A stretch of 64,000 nucleotides of DNA from Azolla caroliniana (Eukaryota; Plantae; Polypodiophyta), in the NCBI GenBank assembly GCA_043228905.1, contig JBHGNT010000002.1, positions 11,036,001 to 11,100,000 on the forward strand, read 5' to 3'. The translations under genes and the position numbers were made by a program. The notes under the pieces were generated by a model. The model saw only the letters and a program-made list of their open reading frames with translations, was not told the DNA's origin and ran no database searches. This document shows positions 36,848-48,522 of this stretch, piece after piece (position 1 is the stretch's first letter; every line of letters begins with the position of its first letter).

Positions 36848-38657
36848 TCACTTGGGCAGCCATGTGTTGCCATCAATGAAGGTGATGCTGAGGAAGGGCT
36901 TGGCTTGGGCATCGGTGAGCTGGCGAGACCATGCAACACGGCCCTTCCGGTTGGCTCCGGGGCCTGAGCATTTGTACTCTCCATAGAACACTCTCCTGAT
37001 TCAATATATATATTGTTAGATTACTGACCAGCTTATAAGGCATTCCATTACTCTGGGTGGGTTATAGTTATAACTTATATATATATATATATATATATAA
37101 TATAACAACTCACTTTTGATTGAGAGGAACACCGAAGTCATCCCAACCCTGGGGCGTGATGATGCTGGAGAGGTAGGTGTAGGAGAAGACGACCCTGGAG
37201 TAGGCACCCCATGCTCTACCCAAGTATATGTACCCCGACCCACTCACGACGCACGACACGAACGAGTAGCCGGTCTTAGAATTGGGAGACAGCCGTTTCT
37301 GCGCGGAGATGGAGCCATAGGGAGAGGCAATGGAGTGAAGGTGGCATTTCTGCACGTACAAACAAATAATATTTCATGGAATTAGAAACCATGAAGGGAA
37401 AGGAGATAGATAGATAGATAGATATGGATGGATGATGATGAAAATATATAAGTAGAATATGATCTGGCACCCCTTTTTTTAATGACAGCTAGGGATGCAT
37501 ACATTCAAAGAAAGCATTATTAAAAAAAGCTTTTCAGACTGAACATACAACGAAGAGGGTGCGACCGTCGCCGAATATGAAGTCGACGGAGCCTTCGATG
37601 TAGCAGTTGTAGTAATAATGGCGGCCTTCCTTGTCGTAGAGCGTGTCCTGGGCGCCATAGAAGCTGCAACGGTAGAAGGCAGCCTTATCGCCTTGAATCC
37701 GAAGAGCCACGGCTTGCCGACCCACAGCGCCAGGAGGGGGGTGCCGAGCCGTGTTCTATAATATATATATATATTAAGTGAGTGAGTAGCAGTACAACAA
37801 TTGAATGGAAGAATGAGTATAAATTTGAGTGAGTATACAATGATGCGGTGCATACATCAACAACTCATGAGGAGATTGGGAGGGAATGTTACATACATAT
37901 ATATATATATATGCAATCATGGAAGGGAAGGGAAGGTCATGATCCTGAAGAGAGTAGTAGTACATACCTTAAAGGAGATGTCGAGGGCGATGAAGTTGTC
38001 GGCCTCCACCGCTACCGAGGCGCTGCCATAGGTGCCTAGTGGTTGCCCTTTCTTGTCAAGAGTGGAGGCAGTGTCACTCCATTGGATGTAGGTGAGAGCA
38101 GCACTCTCACCCTTGAGCGTGATGAAGTCCTTGCCTGAAGGGATGGTGACCTTCTCGTTGTACACCCCTTTCTTGATGTAGATGATGATACGCTTCGTGT
38201 TGGAGGCCGGCACCTTGTTGATGGCGGCTTGCACAGTGCGGAAGTGGCCGGACCCATCCTTAGCCACAACGATGGTCTTGGTCGTAGAGCTCGCATTGGC
38301 AGTTGCCGCGGCCAATCCACGGCTTCTCAAGAATTGGGTCACCTTGTGTTTGGCATCCTTTATGGTTTGGCTGAACACGCGGTCATCGAACTCAAGTGGA
38401 CGCCGTGGCAAGTGATCCTCGTCATTTACGTCGCCCTCCGTGGGGTCTGGACGGTACCCCAACACCTCCTCCCGTAGCCACTCGTCCAAGCTTCTAGAGT
38501 TTCCGGTCGGTGATGAGGTGCTCTCGTTATTCGCCGCCTCCGCATTGGATAAATGTGACACCGCAAACACGCAGATGCCAAGAATCGCCAATACCGTAAG
38601 CTGCTGCTGCCCATGCATTAATGCTCTATGGCAGCCGCGGCGCAGGACAGGTTCCAT
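36848..38657 (-). CDS. PME: Pectin methylesterase, type II (no PMEI pro-domain). Exons 38657-37968, 37755-37549, 37349-37114, 36995-36848; about 426 aa
   Basis: Hydrophobic N-terminal segment. CE8 motifs VAKDGSG, GVYNE, QAVAL, QDTL, DFIFG, LGRAW and [10 protein letters not shown]. Three GT-AG introns give a continuous 1281-nt frame ending TGA. Confidence 0.96.
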
Positions 38658-40052
38658 CTCCTTCTTTCTCTTTCTCTTTCTCTTTCTCTCTTCCCCACCC
38701 TCCCTGCCTGCCTGCCTCCTTCGCTGCCTTCACACGCTGCAGCACTCTTTCTCTTGTGATTGATAGAATTCCAAGGCTTGATCCTGCATGATGTATATGA
38801 TGCTATAGATATATATATATGTATGTTTTTGTATTCCCATGTATATATAATATCTGCTAATATTGACTGGATGAATAAATCATGTTGCAGGTGTCGTCTG
38901 GATATTGAGAGCGTCAAGCTGGGGGTAATTGGGTGCCTGCATTGTTCACGTCCACTTCCTTTCCACCCATCATATTCTTTTTATTTTTATAACTCTCTCT
39001 CTCTCACACACACACATACACTTATGCGATATATGTTCAGGCTTGAGGAAATATCGCCACATAAGTTGCAGCATGGACCACTTCCTGCATATTCCTTCCA
39101 CACCTTCAAATCCATGTAATGCTATTGGTGTCGTGATTGGACCTTTCATGGCTGTGCTGCTTACTTTTAAGGAAACTGGATGACATACGAAAAGAAAAAG
39201 GAAAAAGGGAATTAAGGTGAGACACCATCACTCTGGTCTCCATTTGTTTATCCAAGTCAAGCTCATCAAAATATCTCATCCCAATACTCAAAATGAAATA
39301 CTCTCCCCTTGCAAGAACATTCGCCGTCCATGGGGTTAAATATTCTTTGTTGCGGAAGAAGATGGATAAGATGGGAATCACATGGGTTGCGTAGAATTAT
39401 CTTTAAACCCTTAAGCTATCAAATTTGGCAAGTTTTATCACGGTGTTACGACGCCTAGAAAGTAGATGTTTGCACAATTTATACAGGTTGACCCAAAAAT
39501 CAGAGATGAAGATCGTTTTCCTATTTCTCAACTGTTGCGGTTTGCGTCATAATTGGGATATCTTCGATTCTTGGCATGGAGTGAAAGCCTCTCTGCGAAA
39601 ATTGAAGGGAGTACTAATGTAGCAATTTTCTTTATTGGAGCAAGTGGAAATTCTTTCCTCAATACAATGTTCTTCTTGCCTATTGACAATTCAACATGTT
39701 CCACTACCTATGTAGTGTACATAGTTAGTGGGTGACCATATGTAAAAGATTATGTATGCGGAAGGTTTGTGCTCGAGACATAGTCGGCTTCGTTGGACAA
39801 CAGAAGACAGTTAGGAAAGGGTAAGAGAGAGAGAAAGAAAGAAGAAAGAAAGAAGAAAGAAAGAAAGATGTATTAACGTCTTCTAAGGCCAAATTTGGCC
39901 CATGAGACAATTGGTTTACAACAATAGAGTATTTATCCAGTCATCATAACTAAAAATAAAATTAAGTAAAAAATATAGAACTTAAACTAAAAGAGTTCTA
40001 GTAGTGTACAATATGTAGTATACTCGAAAGTGACTATACACTAAGCCTAATT

Positions 40053-40970
40053 TTATTTCCACCCAAGCCTCTCGAAAAGAAGTGGGGGGTCAAAGGGTCT
40101 TGATGTGGGTTCCAATGTAGAGAGTGCCCTAGCCATGGCTTCTAGGCGGTGTAGCTCACGTTCCCTTATTTTCAATATTGCTTCCACATCACGTTGAGTT
40201 GCTTTGAAACCCGGCACCCGAGGACGTCTGGTTCTTCTCTGGTTTTCTGCCTCATCAATGGAAAGGCCGAGTGGTGCAAGTGTGTCGGCATTCGTCGTCT
40301 CCTCAGGTTCTTGAAAAACTGCATTTGTTACATGTTCGTGATCATTAGCAACATTATTGTCAACATTTTGTAATTTATTCTCTCTGTGTTGTTTTAACTC
40401 TAGAATGTATTTGCCTAATTTCTTTATATCTAGAGTATCTAATAGTTTGGGGAGGGTGGGAGACGGACCAAGTATGTCTTGGTATTTTGCCCTTATCTCG
40501 GCATAGGTTGGACACTTGCATGTAAAGTGGTACTCATCCTCTATCTCTATGTGACATAACCTACATATCCTTTCCTCCCTAGGGACTCCACTAGTACGAC
40601 CATTTTCAATCTCAAGTTGGTGAGATGATATTCTAAGTTGTCCAATGGCAACCCTTAGTGCATGTGGTAAGAATACATCTAGATATTTTGGCCGTGTGAT
40701 AAAACCTAACTCAGAGAAGTGCATGAAGTGTTTCTTATAGTACGACATTTTAGATGGGAGTGGCTCTAGTGGGGTGATCCATTTACACCGAGTGTAAATT
40801 TGCCATATTTCTTGGCGTATTACTTTATTGCGGTTCTCATGAGAGATTAAGGTGTTATCACTCGTGTGGTTGTACCTAAGGGAAGGTAGGTTATTAATGT
40901 CTAGACCATTCGCAAGAAGCCAAGTCACCATCATGCCATACCATGAGCTAGTATAGCCGGACTCATACAA
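40053..40970 (-). CDS. LINE ORF2 C-terminal part, frameshifted, with zinc-binding motif
   Basis: LRISSHQLEIENGR..REERICRLC..EDEYHF..CP.Y. Confidence 0.85.
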   Translation of the reverse strand: MYESGYTSSWYGMMVTWLLANGLDINNLPSLRYNHTSDNTLISHENRNKVIRQEIWQIYTRCKWITPLEPLPSKMSYYKKHFMHFSELGFITRPKYLDVFLPHALRVAIGQLRISSHQLEIENGRTSGVPREERICRLCHIEIEDEYHFTCKCPTYAEIRAKYQDILGPSPTLPKLLDTLDIKKLGKYILELKQHRENKLQNVDNNVANDHEHVTNAVFQEPEETTNADTLAPLGLSIDEAENQRRTRRPRVPGFKATQRDVEAILKIRERELHRLEAMARALSTLEPTSRPFDPPLLFERLGWK

Positions 40971-40983
40971 TGATCGAGAGGCC

Positions 40984-43725
40984 TTAAAGGCTTGATGAAA
41001 GTGCCTCTACTAGCATTGGGGGTAACGTGAACTCGGCCCTAATAATGTCATGTGGTACAGTCGATTTGCTTCGGAGTTGGCGTGATAGCATCATCACCAA
41101 TGGTCTCTCTAATTGCGTCCACATGAAGGATGGTAATCCTGGAGCCCAAACCGCTGATGCATACATGAGGGAGGGGGTCACTAATGAGTCAAAGAGCCAC
41201 CCTTTAGTCCGTGGCTCTTGAAAGTGTGCTTGGTGGCATTGTCTCTCTAGGAGTGAGAGGGATGCATGTCCTCTCGTGAGTCTATCCTTCGCTGCCTGTG
41301 TCATCGAAAATTTACCTGAGCGGGCACTAAAAGTGACTCCGAGATATACGTACGATCCAACCACCTCGACTGGGCTATGGCAGATAGTTAGGTGACACTT
41401 AGCTCTAACTTGGGCCGATGTGTGGAAGATAAGGACTTTCGTTTTCCCTAGATTCACTACCAATCCTCGTTGTACACAAAAGTCATCTAAGGCATTGAGG
41501 TGCCTCTGTAGGTCTTGTTCGGATTCAGAGAGCAAAACTATGTCATCCGCATAGAGCAAGATACGAACCTGCGTATCCCCAAGGACCACTCTGGTGCCTC
41601 CCTCACGAGCAATAAAATCTGTGATCTCATCAATGTAGATCCCAAAAAGCGTCGGTGATAGGGGGCAACCTTGTTTTACACCAATAGTGCTAGTGAAACG
41701 ATTGGATAGGCCACCTGGGCATCGGACACACCCGGACACTTGTTCATATAGTGCGTAGATGGCCCATACCATATCATCTGGTATCCTCAAGCTTTTAAGT
41801 CTATCAGACAACCGATCTCTAGGGACTGTGTCAAAGGCTTTGCGGAAGTCCACAAAACAACAATATAATCTCTTCTTGCGAGCCCTAGTTTGGTCAATTA
41901 GGCATCTAAGTGTGAAGATGTGATCAATAGTGGAGAAGGCTCGTCTAAAGCCAGCTTGTTCAGGTGCACGAAGGTTTAGGGTCTCCATGTAGTCGCTAAG
42001 CTCTGCTTCCATTACTGCACCATATAACTTAGCAAGGGTATGGCCTATCATAATGGTCCTATATGTATTTGGGTCCATGGGGTCCCCCCCTTTATGTATG
42101 GGGGTCACTGTATTCATAGTCCACTGTGGTGGAAAACCCTCCGCAAGGGCACGATTGAAGATTAGAGTTAGCAAGGGAGCTAGGCACTCTCTCGCATATA
42201 TAATGTGTTCTGCTCGCAATCCTGTGTGGTCCATGGACTTCCTATGTTGTAATTTCTTTATGACCTTCATGACCCTAGAGGTCGTGAAAAGTGTCCCCGT
42301 GGTAGGCCGGGGTGTGGAAGGCATTGGAAAAGGTGGTTGGTTTGGGATTTGGTAAAGTCTCTCTGTATATGTGTGCCAAGTTTCGGGATCTTCGATGGGT
42401 GTTTGTGGTCTTGGCTCCCGTAGTCTCTTCCATGCCGTGGCGCAATCGCTACTCATGAGCATATGGTAGAGTTCCCAGTATTGGGATGCCCACGCTCGTC
42501 TCTTACGACGCGTCATCTTACGCATTTCTTTGCGAGCTTGTGTGGAGGTAATACTACCATTGAGTTGCGATACTGTAAGTTGTCTATGTAGGTCCCTACA
42601 ATCCTCGTCATACCATTTATTTTGTGGCATTGATCCTGATCTACCTTGATTTGAGTGTTTTGTATATGGGAAACTGCTAGCTGCTGCGGAGTGAAGGATG
42701 TGTGTGAGTTTTGTACTAAGGCTTTCTAACGGTAGAGAGGGATCAATGGAAAGGAGATGGGCCTGAACATGTTGAGAGTATATGTCAGAGAGCTCATGTG
42801 TGAAATGTATTGTGGTGTGATGGCATGGTTGACTAGACTTGGTGACCTTAGAGATATCACATTTTAGCTCGAAGTATAAGAAGCTATGGTCTGCGCCAAT
42901 AGGGCATGGGGCCACTCGGAAGGAGTTAATCATGTGGGTAGCTTCCGGGCGCCCTATTAGATAGTCAACTGTGCTTTCCCCTCCTCCATGTGGGAAACAT
43001 GTGAGCTCTTCCGAGCCCGGCCACTTAGCTAAACCATTATATATGACCATCTGGTGCCGACTGCCAAGTTCGAGCAGATGATGGCCAAAGCTCGTGGCGT
43101 CAGCACCTTGATCCTTTGATCTACGTGTGGTGCCTATGTCTAAAGGATCAACATTTACCATTTCTAGGTTTCTATTCATCTGAAATACTGTGCATTGTCG
43201 GGATTGGGTTCTCGCATTGAAGTCTCCTACAAGAAATACTTCTCCTTGGGAAGAATATCGGATTATGTCATCCGATAGGGGTTCGTATGGAGAAGGCCCA
43301 TGTGGCATTCCTTCATCGACTAATCTCATCAAGCCACTAATATTATAACGGGATCCTTTTGGGGGAAAGTAACAAATGGCGAAAAATACTGCATGGTCTT
43401 TGCTTGTGGAGACTTTCACCCACATAAAACAAGCTTCTGGGTCTATCTTCATTATTTCTATCCTATTATGTAGCTCTCTACGAAATAGTATCGCGACACC
43501 TCCAGATCCCCTAGTAGTGTGTCGACGTGAGGTTTGTCTAAAAGCGGACTCCCAACGGAATCCTTCGACCCGTGGGAGTCCTCTATTTGGGCTCTGATGT
43601 GTTTCTACCAAGAAAAGTATATCAGATACCTTTAGTATCTCCTCTAGGCGGCCAGGGTGTGCCCAAAGTGCGCCATTACAATTCCATAGGGTCATCCTAA
43701 GTGCATTTTCTGTCACATGGGCCAC
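40984..43725 (-). CDS. LINE ORF2: APE endonuclease and reverse transcriptase (913 aa before a frameshift)
   Basis: TLWNCNG, LVET, SGGVAI, VGDFNA, TVDY, ADH; QAGFR, FVDFRKAFD, GVKQGCPLSPTLF, YADD, YLG. Confidence 0.95.
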   Translation of the reverse strand: MAHVTENALRMTLWNCNGALWAHPGRLEEILKVSDILFLVETHQSPNRGLPRVEGFRWESAFRQTSRRHTTRGSGGVAILFRRELHNRIEIMKIDPEACFMWVKVSTSKDHAVFFAICYFPPKGSRYNISGLMRLVDEGMPHGPSPYEPLSDDIIRYSSQGEVFLVGDFNARTQSRQCTVFQMNRNLEMVNVDPLDIGTTRRSKDQGADATSFGHHLLELGSRHQMVIYNGLAKWPGSEELTCFPHGGGESTVDYLIGRPEATHMINSFRVAPCPIGADHSFLYFELKCDISKVTKSSQPCHHTTIHFTHELSDIYSQHVQAHLLSIDPSLPLESLSTKLTHILHSAAASSFPYTKHSNQGRSGSMPQNKWYDEDCRDLHRQLTVSQLNGSITSTQARKEMRKMTRRKRRAWASQYWELYHMLMSSDCATAWKRLREPRPQTPIEDPETWHTYTERLYQIPNQPPFPMPSTPRPTTGTLFTTSRVMKVIKKLQHRKSMDHTGLRAEHIIYARECLAPLLTLIFNRALAEGFPPQWTMNTVTPIHKGGDPMDPNTYRTIMIGHTLAKLYGAVMEAELSDYMETLNLRAPEQAGFRRAFSTIDHIFTLRCLIDQTRARKKRLYCCFVDFRKAFDTVPRDRLSDRLKSLRIPDDMVWAIYALYEQVSGCVRCPGGLSNRFTSTIGVKQGCPLSPTLFGIYIDEITDFIAREGGTRVVLGDTQVRILLYADDIVLLSESEQDLQRHLNALDDFCVQRGLVVNLGKTKVLIFHTSAQVRAKCHLTICHSPVEVVGSYVYLGVTFSARSGKFSMTQAAKDRLTRGHASLSLLERQCHQAHFQEPRTKGWLFDSLVTPSLMYASAVWAPGLPSFMWTQLERPLVMMLSRQLRSKSTVPHDIIRAEFTLPPMLVEALSSSL

Positions 43726-43731
43726 ACGCCG

Positions 43732-44034
43732 TCAGTTAGTAGTGCGATCATTTATGATCACTCGCCCATCTCGGTAAAAGGCATGATGGCCTTCTTTACG
43801 AGCTTGCATAACTCGTGGCATACAACTCTTGCGATGCTCAATTTGCATCTTAGTGAGGTCTTCATCGAGATAGATGGGGTCCCCATCCATTCCTCGAAGG
43901 ATTGGTCTCTTCTGAAAGAAAGTGATTCTAGAGTCTAAGTCTTTAAATTGAAGGACTAAGGCTCTCTTCCTAGTTGTGTCACGCCCGACCCTCCATGCTT
44001 TGGTGATAGGTAGGGCCTCTGTGCACCCTAACAT
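43732..44034 (-). CDS. C-terminal part of LINE ORF1
   Basis: WRVGR..RALVLQF..IYLDEDLT pattern; stops a few bases before the ORF2 ATG. Confidence 0.75.
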   Translation of the reverse strand: MLGCTEALPITKAWRVGRDTTRKRALVLQFKDLDSRITFFQKRPILRGMDGDPIYLDEDLTKMQIEHRKSCMPRVMQARKEGHHAFYRDGRVIINDRTTN

Positions 44035-44044
44035 TTTCCCAAGT

Positions 44045-44363
44045 GTTTGTGAGTAGACAATGGCACTTCTATTACAAAATAATAATTAGTACATACAACT
44101 GTGCTCAGTGAGCAGTTTTTATACAGGCCCTAACAATGGGTTGACACAAGTACTATCAGTACTTTAATGCTCATGAATGAGCTCTAACGTTGACAACCTA
44201 TAATATTCCTATTTACTAAAATAGGAATATAAGCTCCTAACGGCTTGTCAGCTTCCATTCGACTTGGCCAGCCGATTCGGCTTACAACTTATTCAGCCGA
44301 TTTAGACCTAGTCAATCGACCTATGTTTGATCCAGCTTTTGACTTATCCAACTGATCGGTCCA
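44045..44363 (-). repeat. Copia LTR fragment related to the A/D LTRs
   Basis: TGTGCTCAGTGAGCA..TTTTATACA and AATGCTCAT..TGAGCTCTA shared with the A LTR. Confidence 0.65.
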
Positions 44364-44515
44364 TGTTCTTGGGCTAAAAGTCCCACTCTACCCACTTGTA
44401 TCTCAGTGCGAACACGTCCTCATAGGTAGGGCTAAGTTACCCTAACTACATAACTGAGAGACCAAGTATTTTAAAGGAGTGAAGGTTAATGCAATATATT
44501 CTTCTTTTGAGCACA

Positions 44516-44567
<52 letters not shown>

Positions 44568-47500
44568 CCTAATCAACTTATCTATCTGTTATACTTCATA
44601 CTTGTCTTACTAACCAACAGGTCCTCAACTTATGCAGTATTCACTCCATATTCAACAAGTGGTATCAGAGCGACTTGCAGTTCCGCCGCAATAGTAGCAT
44701 AAATCTGAGAAGAGAAGAAAAGGCTCAAGGGACTCGGTCAGCAAATCTCATTTCCAAAAGAACATGGCTTCAACATTTGACACAGTAGTAGGAATCCGAA
44801 AGTTCGACAGTAAAAACTTTGCCCTATGGAAGGAGATTATGCAAGATGTACTGATCATCTGACGACGAATCAAGGCAATACGACACACCAACAAGTCAGC
44901 CTCAATAACAGCTGATGAATGGCGCCCCCTGGACGAAATAGGTGGGTCGACCATCCGAATGCATTTGAACGAGAACGTCTACTTCAGCTTGGCCAAAAAG
45001 ACGTCGACATTTGCCTTGTGGGAGAAACTCCAAGCCATTTACGAAAAGAAGTCCTCCTGATCGAATCTGTTATGGGCATGACCATATAATATCCCGTGGT
45101 GAGAATTTACCGTAGTATTCTATAGACGTGGATAAAGTGTGAGGGTTAAATGCGAGCGTAAAGAAGGGAGGATTACTTTTAATCCTCGGGATTGAGACAA
45201 CCCATTAGGCCAAATGTGAACTTGCATGGGGGCCTTAGGTCTGGCTATAAATATGAGGCCTAGCTACCCTCAATTGACACATTATCGACTACGTGGAGAC
45301 TTTGACAGTGTGGTGGGTCAACTCTTGTAGCAAGTATGCCAACACTAGGTACGACTCGATACCACTGCCATGGTATGGAACACCGATTGAGGCTTGAGTC
45401 CGTCCCGATCCCTTCCTTTAGGGCTGGTCGGTTGGATTGACACCCTTCTTTCTCTCTATCCTTTCTTAGTTTCTATCTTTTATCATTATCATATATCTTT
45501 CATTAGATCATCACTCTAACAAAATCTCATATAGATCCAACATCTATATCTAACAGTTGTTCAATATGAAGATAAGAGAGATGGATACGGCGACCTCTCG
45601 CACCAAAACGAAGGAGAATGGTCAGCGATTTGAGTGGAACTCAGGACGATCCGTCTCGAACCGTTCTGTAACTGGCAACCAAGTCATTGTTGTTGAATTC
45701 CGGTTGGGAGAAATCCTCACCCTGGAAGCTTCGTCGACCGGAGAAGTCGTCTACAGTCCGCAAGACGCACAAATTTGGCTATTGGACTCTAGTGCCACAT
45801 TTTATGTAACCCCAAATATCAAGTGGTTTTCGAACTATTCGGCCGGAGCGAATGACGCAATCCGATTAAGAAACAAGCAGAAATATGTCATCGTAGGGAT
45901 TGGAGAGGTCCCCATCCAATTGTTGAACAACAATACTATTACCCTACACCGAGTCCAACATGTACCCGAGCTGAAGAGGAGTCTAGTCTCGATCAGCATG
46001 CTAGTCGAAGTCGGGTACTAAACGACTCTCAGTGAGTCGTCATGGATGATCAACTAAGGAAACATGGAAATCGGGTGCAGACACAAGCACTGCAACTTGT
46101 ATCCGTTGCTAGCTATCAGTCCATACGGGGTCGTGTACATAGCCGAATCGTCTAATTCGAACTTATGGCATGGCCGACTTGGCCATATGCCTCAAGTCGG
46201 AATGGACCGACTAACGACGATCGAATACATCCCCAAACTCCAAAGGAAGATAGACTTCTATGGGCATTGTCGTTATGGGAAAAAATCCCGAAGTCCACAC
46301 TCTCTCCATTACAAGATGGTACCACATCCTCTAGTACTGGTCCACACAAATATATGTGGGCCGATGCCCGAAAGGTCACTATGAGGCTCCCACTACTTCA
46401 TCACATTTGGAGATGATTGTACACGGAAAGTGTAGGCCTACTCGATTAGGTCGAAAGACGAAGCACTTAAAATCTTTATTCAGTGGATAATTGAAGTGGA
46501 CAACCAGTTAGGACATCGAGCGAAGAGCCTCCGGTTCAACAACGAAGGTCAGTCCACCTCTCAAGCTTTCAAGAACTACCTATCTGACAAACAGATTCAG
46601 CATGAAAAGACTGTTCTCTTTACTTGCATGCAAAATGACATGGCAAAATGGATCAACTGAACAATCCATGAAAGAGTGACGACAATGCTCCAGCAATCGA
46701 GACTGAAGCTGGAATTCTGGGCCAACGGATTACAGACGACAGTATACCTGATCAATTTGTCGCAATCGAGAGCAATATGGCGCGAAGCGCCACAAGCACT
46801 ATGGCCAGGGAAACAACCGACCTATGATAGGCTCTATATATTTGGATGCAAAGCCTATGCATTAATTCCTAGGGAGAAAAGGACCAAGTTGGTGCCCCAT
46901 TCAACACAGTTCATATTTCTCGGTTATGGAACCGATGGGTAATTCGGCTACCGATTATGGGACCCAGACAATTGGAAATTGATCCGGAGCAATGACATAG
47001 TTTTCAATGAAGACTTGATTCACTCTCAATGGAACCAATAGGAAATAGTCAGTAAGAAGGTGTCCTTTGATACCGACAAAGATGTCGTAGAAGGACCAAC
47101 CCACGGCTCTCAGAAATCAACCGAGCTAATGAACACCTCGCCAAATCCAAGTCGGCTAGAGGTCCACTAGTCAAAATTGATTCGACTACGACAATGACAA
47201 TACACGAAAGAAATAGAGTCGAAACGACCAAATCACCAAAACTGGCCAAGGTACAGAAAAATCGAACAGAATCGACCAAGGCACCAAACAGTCTCTCAGT
47301 AGATCCCGAAGAAGGTGAGGATGAGTCGACGTCGCCGAATCATCCAACAAGTGTCATGATGTGTTCATTGAAGACTATGTCATTGCTGACTATTTTCTAT
47401 TGGTTCCGTTGGTATGTCTTCAAAAGGATTTGAACCAATTAGGAGGGCCAAGAACTCTTGGTGGGACCCACTACAGAAAAAATGGTCACAACGTTTCCGA

Positions 47501-48522
47501 CTGTTGGTCGATCAAGAGGAAGGAGAATGATCGGCGATTCAAAGCAAAACTCAGAACGATCCGACTGAAACTGTTCTCTAACTAGCAACCAAGTCAATGT
47601 TTCCGAATTTTGGCCGGGAGAAATCCTCTCCCTAGAAGATTCGTCAATCGGAGAAGTCGTCTACAATCCGCAAGACGCATGAATTTGGCTACTGGACTCG
47701 GGTGCCACATTTCACGTAACCCCAAATATCAAGTGCTTTTCAAACTATTCGGCCGGAGCGAATGGCACAATCCAATTAGGCAAACAGGAAAAAATACGTA
47801 ATCATAGGGATCGGAGAGGTCCCCATCCAATTGTTGAACAACAATACTATTACCATACACCGAGTCCAACATGTACCCGAGTTGAAGAGGAGTCTGGTCT
47901 CTATTAGCATGCTAGCCGAAGTCGGGTACTGAACGACTCTCAGTGAGTCGTCATGGATGATCAACTGAGGAAACATGAAAATCGGGTGTAGACACAAGCA
48001 CTGCAACTTGTATCCGTTGCTTGCGATCAGTCCATACAACATGTACCCGAGTTGAAGAGGAGTCTGGTCTCTATTAGCATGCTAGCCGAAGTCGGGTATT
48101 GAACGACTCTCAGTGAGTCGTCATGGATGATCAACTGAGGAAACATGAAAATCGGGTGTAGACACAAGCACTGCAACTTGTATCCGTTGCTTGCGATCAG
48201 TCCATACAGGGTCGTGTACATAGCCGAATCATCTGATTCGAACTTATGGCATGACCGATTTGGCCATATGCCTCAAGTCGGAATGGATTGACTAACAACG
48301 ATCGACTACATCCCCAAACTCCAAACGAAGATAGACTTCTACGAGCATTGTTTCAACTACGAGATTGACTAGAGGTGAAAGAAACATAGTCGAAATGACC
48401 AAATCACCCAAACTAGCTAAGGTACAGAAACGTGAAACAGAATCGACCAAGGCACCAGCCAGTTTTTCAATCGATCCCGAAGAACGGGAGGATGATTCGA
48501 CATCGCCGAATCATCCAACAGG
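44364..48522 (+). mobile_element. Old copia element G (5' LTR about 44364-44657, gag, PR, IN), rearranged and truncated
   Basis: PBS TGGTATCAGAGC at 44660. KFDSKNFALWK, WLLDSSATF, LWHGRLGH and IFGCKAY motifs. Confidence 0.85.
45068..45521 (+). mobile_element. Solo LTR inserted in the gag of G
   Basis: TGTTA..TAACA ends, CTATAAATA box, TSD GAATC/AAATC (4 of 5 match). Confidence 0.82.

Larger units (their letters stand above)
39826..44040 (-). mobile_element. LINE retrotransposon (RTEX/L2-group-like), ORF1 truncated at its 5' end; 3' end approximate
   Basis: ORF1 remnant, APE endonuclease plus RT ORF2, Cys/His C-terminus, possible (CTTT)n tail at 39826-39868. Confidence 0.9.

Noticed and set aside
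37917-37967. ORF-track C-terminus [16 protein letters not shown] of the PME
   Set aside because: Read-through into intron 1; the GT donor is at 37967.
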